Positions 10,441 through 18,815 of a stretch of 64,000 nt of DNA are shown here, piece by piece; position 1 is the stretch's first letter, and each line of letters begins with the position of its first letter. The notes beneath the pieces were generated by a model. It was not told where the DNA came from, searched no databases, and saw only the letters and a list, made by a program, of their open reading frames with translations. Location: assembly GCA_050633305.1 (NCBI GenBank), contig JBOEGF010000032.1:257222-321221 (forward strand), given 5' to 3'. Source of the DNA: Nannocystales bacterium. Lineage in GTDB: Bacteria > Myxococcota_A > Polyangia > Nannocystales > Nannocystaceae. The position numbers and the translations under genes were made by a program.

Positions 10441-12078
10441 TCAGGCGGACTCGACACGAAAACGGGCCGCCAGCTCGATCCTCTGCGCGTTGGACCACGC
10501 ATCGTCCGGTACCACGATCGCCGCTCCTTCGGGCAAGCCCAACGCCTCGACGGCGACCGGATCACCGGGTTCCATCGACCACGCGAATGCCTGCGATCCG
10601 TCTCGCAGAACCTTCCAGCTCCCGGCCCGTTCGAGCCGAGCGTGGAGCCCGACCCCGCACAGAAGCGCCCGAACAAACGGGTCGAACACCTTGTGACGGT
10701 TCGCCTCCGCCGCGCGAACCGCCTCCAGCGTTCCAACCTCAGCGTGCAGCGCAGCCTCCAAGGAGAACACCCGCACCCCGCCGCATTGCTGCGACACGCG
10801 GGTCCGGGTCACATCGCAGATCGTCTCGAACTCAGGGTCGTCGAGCGGCTCGGGCCACTGACCCAGCACACATGCCCGGTCACCGCCGTCCGACTCGTTC
10901 GCGCGGCCCACCGCCTCCGCAGTGGTCCCCGATCCGGCGAATGGGTCGAGCACGAGGCCGCTTCGGTCCGTCGCAAGCTGGACACAGCGTTGGACCAACG
11001 CCACAGGCTTGGGATGGTCGAACACTGGACGACCCAGCGCCTCGCGGAGATCGATGGTCCCCTGCTCGGTCCGCATCTGCGGCTCGTCCCACAGCCCTTT
11101 GGCCTTGGACGTATCCTTGCGGTGTTTCTCGTAGACGTTGAAACCACCGTCGCGGCGACGCTTGGCGACGACCTGAGACAGCACCGGGTCATCGTCCACG
11201 ACGGCGCCCTCGGCCTTGGGCTGCCCCCAGCGCCACACGCTGCCCGCCCCTGCCGCGTTCCGCGGCTCGACCACGACGTCGTATCCCGGACGCGGCTTCA
11301 GACTCACCGCGAGTCCGCCGTTGCCGTCCTCCCGCGAGGGATCCACGTAGAACGGATAGTACAGGTTGGGGCGATTGCCCGGGTGAAACCGCGGGTTTCG
11401 GTTGCGAAGCTCCCGCAAGACGTACGGACCGATCGCATCGCATCGCGCGTCCTTCGGCGGCGGCTTGGGCAGCTCCCGTATCCGCGCCTGCGGGGTGGCC
11501 CCGTACACGAGCAAGTACTCGTGCCCGGTCGCGATGCGCAGGTAGTCACGCCCGCCGCGGTTGGTCACGACGACCACCTGCGCGATGAAGCAGTCCTCTC
11601 CAAAGACTTCATCGAGCAGCAGTCGAAGGTGATGCACCTCGTGGTCATCGATGCTCACGCACAACACCCCCTCAGGGGCGAGCAACGAGCGTGCGTGCCA
11701 CAGCCGCGGGTACATCATCGACAGCCACGCGGAGTGGTAGCGCCCCTCCGAGCGCGGGTTGGCCCGCAGCGGTGTGCCCGTGTCGTCGACCTGCCCGGTC
11801 CTTCGCAAGAACCCGTCGTGCGTCTCGCCGAACCGGTCCCGATACACAAAGTCGCGCCCGGTGTTGTAGGGCGGATCCATGTAGATGAGCTGTGCACGCT
11901 CGGCGTACCCCGGGCGAAGCAACTTGAGCATGTCGAGGTTGTCGCCCTCGACGAGTACGGTCCGCGCAGCGTCGAATCCCACGCTCCGGTCGAGTTGGGT
12001 ACGCAGGCAGGTCTGCGGGGGCGCCCCCAGCGAGGCGAGCACCTGCGGCTTGTCGGTGAACTGCAGGCCGAAGCTCAT
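10441..12078 (-). CDS. type III R-M Mod-like adenine DNA methyltransferase (beta class)
   Basis: EGDNLDMLKLL, IYMDPPYNTG, HSAWLSMMYPRL, FDHPKP, LDPFAGSGTT. Immediately upstream of the Res-like gene. Confidence 0.9.
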   Translation of the reverse strand: MSFGLQFTDKPQVLASLGAPPQTCLRTQLDRSVGFDAARTVLVEGDNLDMLKLLRPGYAERAQLIYMDPPYNTGRDFVYRDRFGETHDGFLRRTGQVDDTGTPLRANPRSEGRYHSAWLSMMYPRLWHARSLLAPEGVLCVSIDDHEVHHLRLLLDEVFGEDCFIAQVVVVTNRGGRDYLRIATGHEYLLVYGATPQARIRELPKPPPKDARCDAIGPYVLRELRNRNPRFHPGNRPNLYYPFYVDPSREDGNGGLAVSLKPRPGYDVVVEPRNAAGAGSVWRWGQPKAEGAVVDDDPVLSQVVAKRRRDGGFNVYEKHRKDTSKAKGLWDEPQMRTEQGTIDLREALGRPVFDHPKPVALVQRCVQLATDRSGLVLDPFAGSGTTAEAVGRANESDGGDRACVLGQWPEPLDDPEFETICDVTRTRVSQQCGGVRVFSLEAALHAEVGTLEAVRAAEANRHKVFDPFVRALLCGVGLHARLERAGSWKVLRDGSQAFAWSMEPGDPVAVEALGLPEGAAIVVPDDAWSNAQRIELAARFRVESA

Positions 12079-13379
12079 GCCACGCCCACGCGCTGCCCAC
12101 CCTCGCGCAAGACGCTGATCCGCCCGCGCTGCCCGACCTCGAGGTCACCGCGCACCAGGGGCACGCGCACGTAGTTGTCGGCGAGCGCCATCGGATGCTC
12201 ATGCCGGCCATGCTCGATCACCGCGTCCAGCGTCTCACCCACGACGCTCTCCGAGAATGCTTCGGTCTGGGCGTGGGACAGATCGCGAAGCGCCTTGTTG
12301 CGGGCAGCCTTGACCTGCGGCGGCACCTGGTCCGGCATGCTCGCCGCGCTGGTGCCCTTGCGAATCGAGTACGTGAAGACGTGGTGGTAGGCCACCGGAG
12401 CATCCCGCAACAGCGCGTAGGTGTTCTCAAACGCGGCGTCGGTCTCCCCGGGGAACCCGACGATCACGTCCGTGCCCAAGCCGACGCCGGGGACGCGTGC
12501 AGCCAGCTTTGCGGTGAGTTCTGCGAAGTCATCCGCCGTGTGCCCGCGCCGCATCGCGCGGAGCACATCGGGGTCTCCGCTCTGTACGGGCAGGTGCAGA
12601 TAGCGGCAGAGCTTCGGCGCGTTCTCCGCCATCAGGGTGATGAGGTCGTCGTCGACTTCGTGCGGATCGAGGGAGCTGAGCCGAAGTCGAGCGTCCCCCA
12701 ACACGGGAAGGACCGCCTCCACCAGATCGGCGAGCCGGACGCGCGGACGCAGGTCCCGCCCGAAGGTTCCAAGGTGGATTCCGGTGAGCACCACCTCCGG
12801 CGCTCCGGCGTCGACCAGGCCACGCGCCTGAGAGACAACATCGGCCACGGCGAGGCTGCGCGACCCCCCACGGACCTGGGGGACGATGCAGAACGAGCAC
12901 CGGTAGTTGCAGCCGTCTTGCACCTTGAGCAACGAACGTGTGCGTTGCCGGGGCGCGGCCGCGGTCAACGGCGTGAAGCTCTTGCGTCGCTTGAGCGCCG
13001 TCACCTGGACAAAGGGTGCCGTCGGTGCTGCGCCGGGATTGGGCGTCATCCCCTCGAGGACGCTCTGCAGCTCGCCCTTCTCGCCGTTGCCGAGCACCGC
13101 ATCCACCTCGGGCATCGCCGCGACCAGCTCGGGCTCGGCGTTCGCGTAGCACCCGGTGACGAGCACGCGCACCGCGGGATTGCGACGCTTGGCGCGACGG
13201 ATCTGGGCCCGAGCGTCGGCGTCGGCCTGGTGGGTGATCGTGCACGAGTTGAGCACGAACACCTCGGCATCCTCGGGGCCCGACGCGATGTCGTGACCCG
13301 AGGCGACCAGGGCAGCCTCCATCGCATCCGTCTCCGACTGGTTGAGCCGGCAGCCGTGCGTGGCCAGAGCAACGCGCAT
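12075..13379 (-). CDS. mtaB: tRNA t6A37 methylthiotransferase (radical SAM)
   Basis: THGCRLNQSE, NSCTIT, VTGCYA, RSLLKVQDGCNYRCSFCIVP, LHLPVQSG, DVIVGFPGET. Confidence 0.9.
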   Translation of the reverse strand: MRVALATHGCRLNQSETDAMEAALVASGHDIASGPEDAEVFVLNSCTITHQADADARAQIRRAKRRNPAVRVLVTGCYANAEPELVAAMPEVDAVLGNGEKGELQSVLEGMTPNPGAAPTAPFVQVTALKRRKSFTPLTAAAPRQRTRSLLKVQDGCNYRCSFCIVPQVRGGSRSLAVADVVSQARGLVDAGAPEVVLTGIHLGTFGRDLRPRVRLADLVEAVLPVLGDARLRLSSLDPHEVDDDLITLMAENAPKLCRYLHLPVQSGDPDVLRAMRRGHTADDFAELTAKLAARVPGVGLGTDVIVGFPGETDAAFENTYALLRDAPVAYHHVFTYSIRKGTSAASMPDQVPPQVKAARNKALRDLSHAQTEAFSESVVGETLDAVIEHGRHEHPMALADNYVRVPLVRGDLEVGQRGRISVLREGGQRVGVA

Positions 13380-13472
13380 CGGCTGGAGATATCACAGCCG
13401 TGCAAGGCCGGCCACGGGCGACCGCGGTGGGTGTGAGCTGAAGATGCGACCGCTGCGCGCCCCGCCCCGGGC

Positions 13473-14897
13473 TCAGGGTTCAGGCCGGGCGTTCGAACTC
13501 GCCCCCCACCACGCGAGGGCGAACGCGAGCGCAAACGGAGCGACCCGCTCCCAGGCGGTCCCCGCGGTCGCAGGTACGGAGTAGGCCGCCACCGCCGTGC
13601 CAAACCCCACGACGATGGAAGCGAGCCGCTGCTGCCAACGAACCGAGCCGCGCAGGACGTGGACCAGCAGCACGGGACCGAACGCTGCGCCCATGGCCGT
13701 CCAAGCGAACAACACCTTGTCGAAAATAGACTTGTCCCCGACGAGCGCGGCGAGCACCGCGACCGCGCTGAGGACCACGACGACGATCCGGGAGCGCCGA
13801 ACCATCCGTTTGGGATCGCCATCCTCTTCGTCGGGAAGATCGTGGACCACCGCCGAGGCCGCGACGAGCAGCTGCGAGTCCGCCGTCGACATGATCGCCG
13901 AGAGCACCGAAGCGAGCACCACTCCGGCAACCACCGGAGGCAACAGGTGACGAGCTGCGGCGACGAAGGCGACCTCTCCATCTCCCAGCGCTGGCAGCAA
14001 CGCGCGTGCGCTCAAGCCGAGGATGATCATCCCCGTGTACAAGACGACGGCCCAACCCATCGCGATCACACGCGCCTGCCGAAGCGCCGCATCGTCCCGC
14101 ACGGCCATGAAACGGTTGACGACGTGCGGCTGTCCTGGATACCCCAGGCCGATTCCAAGCAAGCCGAAGACGAACCCCAGCGCCGCCGCAGCGGGCATGT
14201 CTTGAGTGAGGCTGTTGAAGCCCGGGGTCGAAACGGCGGAGAGACGCTCGAGGAGCGCGCCGGGCCCCCCCACGGCGAGGAGCGCCGCCACCGGGAGGAT
14301 GACCGAGGCGAGCGCCATCACGAACCCTTGCAACGTGTCCGTGAGACTGACAGCCAGGAACCCGCCCAACATCGTGTAGACGACCACCACCGCGCTGCCC
14401 AGCAACACAGCTTCGGTCATCGGCATCGCGAACGTCTCCGCGAACGTCTTGCCGGCCCCCTGGAACTGGGAGGCCACGTAGGCCATCAACGACACCAACA
14501 CGATCGCGGTGCACACCCGGCGGATCACTGCCGAGCCCGGCGCATCTCGGGTGCCCGCGAGCATCCCGGTCACCGTGAGCGCCCCGTCGGCGAGACTCCG
14601 TCGCCGCAACGCGGGCGCGAGGACATACCAGTTGAGCCAAAACCCCCCGACACACGCAGGGAAGAGCCACAGCGCGCTGATGCCCTTCGCATACGCGAAC
14701 CCGCTGACACCCAGGAGCGACCACGCCGAACTGCTGGACGCCGACGCGGAAAGGCCCGCGACCCACGGCCCGAGCGTCCGGCCCCCCAGGAAGAAATCGT
14801 CCGCGCCCTGGGTCCGGCGCTGCGCGACGAACCCGATGCCCAGGAGCGCCACCTTGTACAAGACGAGCGTGACGACGATGGCGGTGGTTTCCGACAT
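13473..14897 (-). CDS. putP: sodium/proline (SSS family) symporter
   Basis: DFFLGGRTLGPWV.GLSASAS, YTMLGGFLAVSLTD..QG, GLGYPGQPHVVNRFMA, AIMSTADSQLL; many TM helices. Confidence 0.85.
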   Translation of the reverse strand: MSETTAIVVTLVLYKVALLGIGFVAQRRTQGADDFFLGGRTLGPWVAGLSASASSSSAWSLLGVSGFAYAKGISALWLFPACVGGFWLNWYVLAPALRRRSLADGALTVTGMLAGTRDAPGSAVIRRVCTAIVLVSLMAYVASQFQGAGKTFAETFAMPMTEAVLLGSAVVVVYTMLGGFLAVSLTDTLQGFVMALASVILPVAALLAVGGPGALLERLSAVSTPGFNSLTQDMPAAAALGFVFGLLGIGLGYPGQPHVVNRFMAVRDDAALRQARVIAMGWAVVLYTGMIILGLSARALLPALGDGEVAFVAAARHLLPPVVAGVVLASVLSAIMSTADSQLLVAASAVVHDLPDEEDGDPKRMVRRSRIVVVVLSAVAVLAALVGDKSIFDKVLFAWTAMGAAFGPVLLVHVLRGSVRWQQRLASIVVGFGTAVAAYSVPATAGTAWERVAPFALAFALAWWGASSNARPEP

Positions 14898-14912
14898 GGG
14901 CAGGGCGCGCCG

Positions 14913-14942
14913 TTGACCCGGTGCGAGGCCGCACCATAGCCT
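14913..14942 (+). promoter_or_regulatory. sigma-70-type promoter (TTGACC-N18-TAGCCT), 6 nt before the ATG
   Basis: TTGACC at 14913-14918, TAGCCT at 14937-14942, ATG at 14949. Confidence 0.55.
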
Positions 14943-14948
14943 GAGGAC

Positions 14949-16013
14949 ATGCGCACCACGTATGCCGCCGTCGTTGCCCTGTGCGTGGCTTGCGGGACGC
15001 CCGAGGAGACCGGCGAAGAGAGCAGCCCTCCGTCATCGACCAGCGAGTCCCCGTCGGGGGCCGTGAGTACGGAAAGCTCGGCGCAGAGCACCACCGACGC
15101 CACGGAGACGACCGCGGACCCATCCAGCTCCGGAAACGCGGGGACCGCCGAAGCCACCACCGACGCCACGAACTCCACGGGCCCCACCGACTGCGCGCCG
15201 CCTCCCGATGCCAGCCCCGCGTGGCTGCGGGGTTACCTCGATGAGGTCGTCGCTCGGATGACGGGGGCGATGGAACTCTCGCCAGGTGTGACGCTTGCCG
15301 AACGCTCTACACCCGCGAACCGGGCCGCCACCGCGGACTGGCTGGACGCGGAGTTTGGTGCGCTGGGTCTCGAGGTCGAACGCCACGCCTACTCCGCACA
15401 GGGGACGAACATCGTGGGGCGATTGCCTGCGACCGAGCCCGGAGGACGGACCCTGGTCGTGGGTGCGCACTTCGACAGCGTCCCCGGATCGCCGGGCGCG
15501 AACGACAACGCCACCGGCGTCGCGTTCGTCCTCGCGCTGGCCCGCTACTCGAGTTCAATCGAGTGCCGCAGCCATGACGTGCTGTTCGTGGGTTTCGACC
15601 AAGAGGAGGTCGGGTTGGTGGGCAGCGAGGCGTACGCCGCGTTTCTCGTGGACCAGGGCGAGGACATCCTGGCGGTCCACACGATCGACCAGATGGGCTG
15701 GGACCAAGACGGGGACCGAGCGATCGAGTTGGAACGCGCCGACGAAGGCCTGTACGAGGTCTACGAAGCCGCCAACGCCTCGCTCGGCACCCCGATCACC
15801 CTGCACTCGACCGGGACCGGCTTCACCGACCACGTGTCCTTTCGTCCGTACGGGTTCGCAGCCGTGGGTCTGACCGAAGAGTTCGTCAACGGTGACACCA
15901 CGCCGCACTACCACCTCTCCACCGACAGCTACGAGACGGTGAACTTCGACCTGCTCGCCTCGACCTGCGTGTTGGGCAACACCGCGTTCGCGATGCTCAT
16001 CGACGCCGGCTGA
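14949..16013 (+). CDS. M28 family metallopeptidase lipoprotein
   Basis: Lipobox CVAC, S/T-rich linker, GAHFDS, PGANDNATG, FDQEEVGLVGS, DQMG, TDH, YH..D. Confidence 0.9.
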   Translation: MRTTYAAVVALCVACGTPEETGEESSPPSSTSESPSGAVSTESSAQSTTDATETTADPSSSGNAGTAEATTDATNSTGPTDCAPPPDASPAWLRGYLDEVVARMTGAMELSPGVTLAERSTPANRAATADWLDAEFGALGLEVERHAYSAQGTNIVGRLPATEPGGRTLVVGAHFDSVPGSPGANDNATGVAFVLALARYSSSIECRSHDVLFVGFDQEEVGLVGSEAYAAFLVDQGEDILAVHTIDQMGWDQDGDRAIELERADEGLYEVYEAANASLGTPITLHSTGTGFTDHVSFRPYGFAAVGLTEEFVNGDTTPHYHLSTDSYETVNFDLLASTCVLGNTAFAMLIDAG

Positions 16014-16353
16014 TCCGTCGACGCAAGCGCCGGCCGATGCTCCGCAACGAGGGGCGAGTCGGCGCGTCCGACTCTCTGGCTGGGAGCTCGCCGCGCGGTG
16101 GCCGAAGAAGCAACGGGAGCGACACCAGGCTCCGTGTGAGCTTGCCCAGCAAGGCGGCGGGGGACTCCGCTTCGACAGAGATCGCCACGTCCTGCCCGGC
16201 CACCGCGTCCTCCAGCGCTCCTCGCGCGACCGTTCTCGTGCCGTCGGAGCGGATCTCCACCACCAATCGCGCCACAACCGGGGGAAGTGCTTCCGCCCCT
16301 TTCGGCGCCACAGGCTCACCAAGGGCCGGCTTGGGGGCGTCGGAGTCGTCCAC
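15997..16353 (-). CDS. hypothetical protein
   Basis: 118 aa ORF (GTG start) with a globular-looking core (PPVVARLVVEIRSDGTRTVARGALED); fills the gap convergent with the M28 gene. Confidence 0.6.
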   Translation of the reverse strand: MDDSDAPKPALGEPVAPKGAEALPPVVARLVVEIRSDGTRTVARGALEDAVAGQDVAISVEAESPAALLGKLTRSLVSLPLLLRPPRGELPARESDAPTRPSLRSIGRRLRRRISRRR

Positions 16354-16504
16354 AGCGTCAGGGTGCCCTCGTAGGGACCTTTCGTCACGCCCGTTCCCCG
16401 TCGATGGAAAATATCGATATAGTCCGCCGACTCAAACCGTTGAGTCGATGCCGGGCATCCGCTTGGCTTTCCGGCACAACCACTAGGTAGGAGAAACCAT
16501 TCAC

Positions 16505-17347
16505 ATGACACGGAAACGACCGAGCCTCCCAGGGCTTGGCGCAGCCGCCATGGCAGCCCTCATGATTGTGGGTTGTCAGGGGTCCGGGTCCTTCGCGCAG
16601 ATGCAAGAGCAGCTCGCAGCGATCGACCAGAAGCAGGACAACATCTTGGCCAAGCTCGGTGAGCTTGAAGGCAAGATTGGCAAAGCAGGCCCCGCCGCGC
16701 CCCCCTCGAAAGCAAAAGGCCCTCGTCCGGGCCGTCCCGACCCGAAAGCCACCTACAAAGTGGCGGTTGCCCCCGACGACGCGGCCAAAGGCCCCGCCGA
16801 CGCCAAGGTGACCATCGTCGAGTGGTCGGACTTTCAATGACCCTTCTGTAAGAGAGTCGGTCCGACTCTCGCCAAAATCTCAGAGACGTACAAAGACGAC
16901 GTACGCATCATCTTCAAACAGAACCCTCTGCCGATGCACAACCGTGCGATGCCGGCAGCGATGGCCTCCGAGGCCGCCGGCAAGCAGGGCAAGTTCTGGG
17001 AGATGCATGACAAGCTCTTCCAAGATCCCCGCGCACTCACCGATGAGAACATCGAGAAGTACGCGACGGAAATTGGCCTCGACATGGCCAAGTTCAAGGA
17101 AGATCTCAAAGACAAGAAGCTCGAAGCCAAGATCAAGAAGCAGCAGTCGCAGGGTTCCACCCTCGGCGCTCGGGGTACCCCGGCATTCTTCGTGAACGGT
17201 CGCTTCCTGTCCGGCGCTCAGCCCTTCGAGGCCTTCAAGGCCATCATCGACGAAGAGATGAAGAAGGCCGACGCGTTGCTCGCCAAGGGCACGCCGAAGG
17301 ACAAGCTGTACGACGCGATCATCGCCAAGGGCAAAACCAAGCCCTAG
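16505..17347 (+). CDS. DsbA/DsbG-like thioredoxin-fold lipoprotein, selenoprotein (Sec at codon 112, UPFC motif), 280 aa
   Basis: ORFs 16505-16840 and 16934-17347 are one frame joined through TGA 16838-16840: KVTIVEWSDFQ-U-PFCKRV...FKQNPLPMH...GKFWEMHDKLF...GTPAFFVNG...GAQPFEAF. Lipobox IVGC, SD AGGAGA. Confidence 0.92.
16852..16870 (+). promoter_or_regulatory. bacterial SECIS element
   Basis: GAGAGTCGG-T-CCGACTCTC inverted repeat (7-bp stem with GGUCC loop) starting 11 nt after the in-frame UGA. Confidence 0.85.
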
Positions 17348-17487
17348 CTGACAGCTCCAGCTCGCGCTGGAACTTGCCGTCCTAGACGGCTTGCAGGCCG
17401 CGTTCCGGACCCCCGGAGCGCGGCTTTGTCGTCGGCGAAGACCCTGCCCACGGCGCGCAAGGAGATGCGATGAACGGGAGCCGTGGC

Positions 17488-18582
17488 TCACCCCGCCTCG
17501 GGTGCGGCTGCGGCCTCGCCCGCCGTGTCGTCCCCCGTCAGCGACCCCGCGCTGGTCAGCGCCTGAGCTTGTTCCACCGTTGCAGCACAGCGGAACCCGA
17601 AGTGGTGAAAGTGCGGTCCGTTGCTGGGGAAGTGCGCGCGTCGGTACGTCCCCGTCGCCCGCGTCTCGTCCCAGTACCAGGAGCCTCCCCGGATGATCTT
17701 TTGCGAGTGGCCTTTGCAGGTCTCGTCTCCGTCGCATGGACCGCGCGGGTCGACGCCGACGCACGCGTCGCCGCACGCCTCATAGCTCCGGCTGTACCAA
17801 TCGTAGACCCACTCCCACGAGTTCCCGACCATGTCGTACAGCCCGTAGCGTCCGACCGGTCGGGAGCCGACGTCCCACGGCCGACCAGTCTCCGGCTTGC
17901 TGATCGCTTTTTTGAGCCCGCAACTCCGCCCACTGCCGTCCTTGATGATGGCCTTGTCGCAGTCGGCGGGGTCATCGCCCCAGGGGTAGATCTCTCCGTC
18001 GGGACCGCGGGCTGCTTTTTCCCACTGCGCCTCGGTGGGCAACGTCTTCCCGTGGGCTTCGCAGTAGGCCAGCGAGTCGAACCAGCTCACCCCTTGGATC
18101 GGCATGTCGGGATGGTCGAAATCGGTGTAGCGGGGACCTGAGCGTGGGCAGCGTTTCTCTTTTTGACAGGCCTTGTACTCGGCGTACGTCACCTCGTACT
18201 GGTCCATGTAGAAGGTCTGGGCCCAGATCGTCGCCGAGGGCATCTCGTTGCTGCGTTCCGCCTCATCCCGCCCCCGGACGAACGGGCCGGCCGGGATACA
18301 AGACATCCGCTCGGGTGCCGAGGCACACGCGATCGCCTCGGTCCCGTCGGGTGCGCTTTCGAGGGCCGGCGGCGGCGCGGGTTCCGGCTTGGGCTTGGTA
18401 TCGGGGGCTTTTGTGCCGCCCTCTGCAGCATCCTCCGACGGGGCATCTTGCACCGCCTCCGGGGCCGGCTCCAGGGCCGCTGACTCGAAGTTAGACGTTT
18501 TTTGGGTCTCGGGGGCCGGAGGCGACGGGTTGCCGGCGCAACCAAGGAAACACGTACTCACAAGGAGCGCTCGCGACCGCAT
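17488..18582 (-). CDS. SUMF1/formylglycine-generating-enzyme family lipoprotein
   Basis: Lipobox FLGC; FYMDQYEVT, P..GVSWFD, LPTEAQWEKAARG, YGLYDMVGNSWEW, RGGSW, FGFRC. Confidence 0.9.
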   Translation of the reverse strand: MRSRALLVSTCFLGCAGNPSPPAPETQKTSNFESAALEPAPEAVQDAPSEDAAEGGTKAPDTKPKPEPAPPPALESAPDGTEAIACASAPERMSCIPAGPFVRGRDEAERSNEMPSATIWAQTFYMDQYEVTYAEYKACQKEKRCPRSGPRYTDFDHPDMPIQGVSWFDSLAYCEAHGKTLPTEAQWEKAARGPDGEIYPWGDDPADCDKAIIKDGSGRSCGLKKAISKPETGRPWDVGSRPVGRYGLYDMVGNSWEWVYDWYSRSYEACGDACVGVDPRGPCDGDETCKGHSQKIIRGGSWYWDETRATGTYRRAHFPSNGPHFHHFGFRCAATVEQAQALTSAGSLTGDDTAGEAAAAPEAG

Positions 18583-18815
18583 GCGGGCTTGATACCTGGT
18601 CATTCGGCAACCGCCAAGCGACCGATCTCGGGCCGTAGGGCGTGAGCGGACCCTTCCGAGCAGACGGCAGCTCCACGGCGTGCGGCGTACGCCCATAAGC
18701 CGGCGACTTCCGTGCAATGCGAACAACCGTCGAAGCGTTTGGGGTTGAGGTAGGAGCCAGGTACACTTCTCCATCCCCGCTGGGGTCGTCGAGCGACGAC
18801 GACGCCCGTGCCTTC

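Noticed and set aside
9637..12174. 845-aa plus-strand ORF and other long antisense or alternate-frame ORFs (e.g. 556-2187, 33265-35187, 35450-36886, 62857-63780)
   Set aside because: Shadow ORFs of high-GC coding sequence; they have no motifs and overlap well-supported genes.
16838..16840. Nonsense mutation or pseudogene reading of the DsbA-like gene
   Set aside because: The stop is TGA precisely at the catalytic Cys, followed by a correctly spaced SECIS-like hairpin, with no other lesions.
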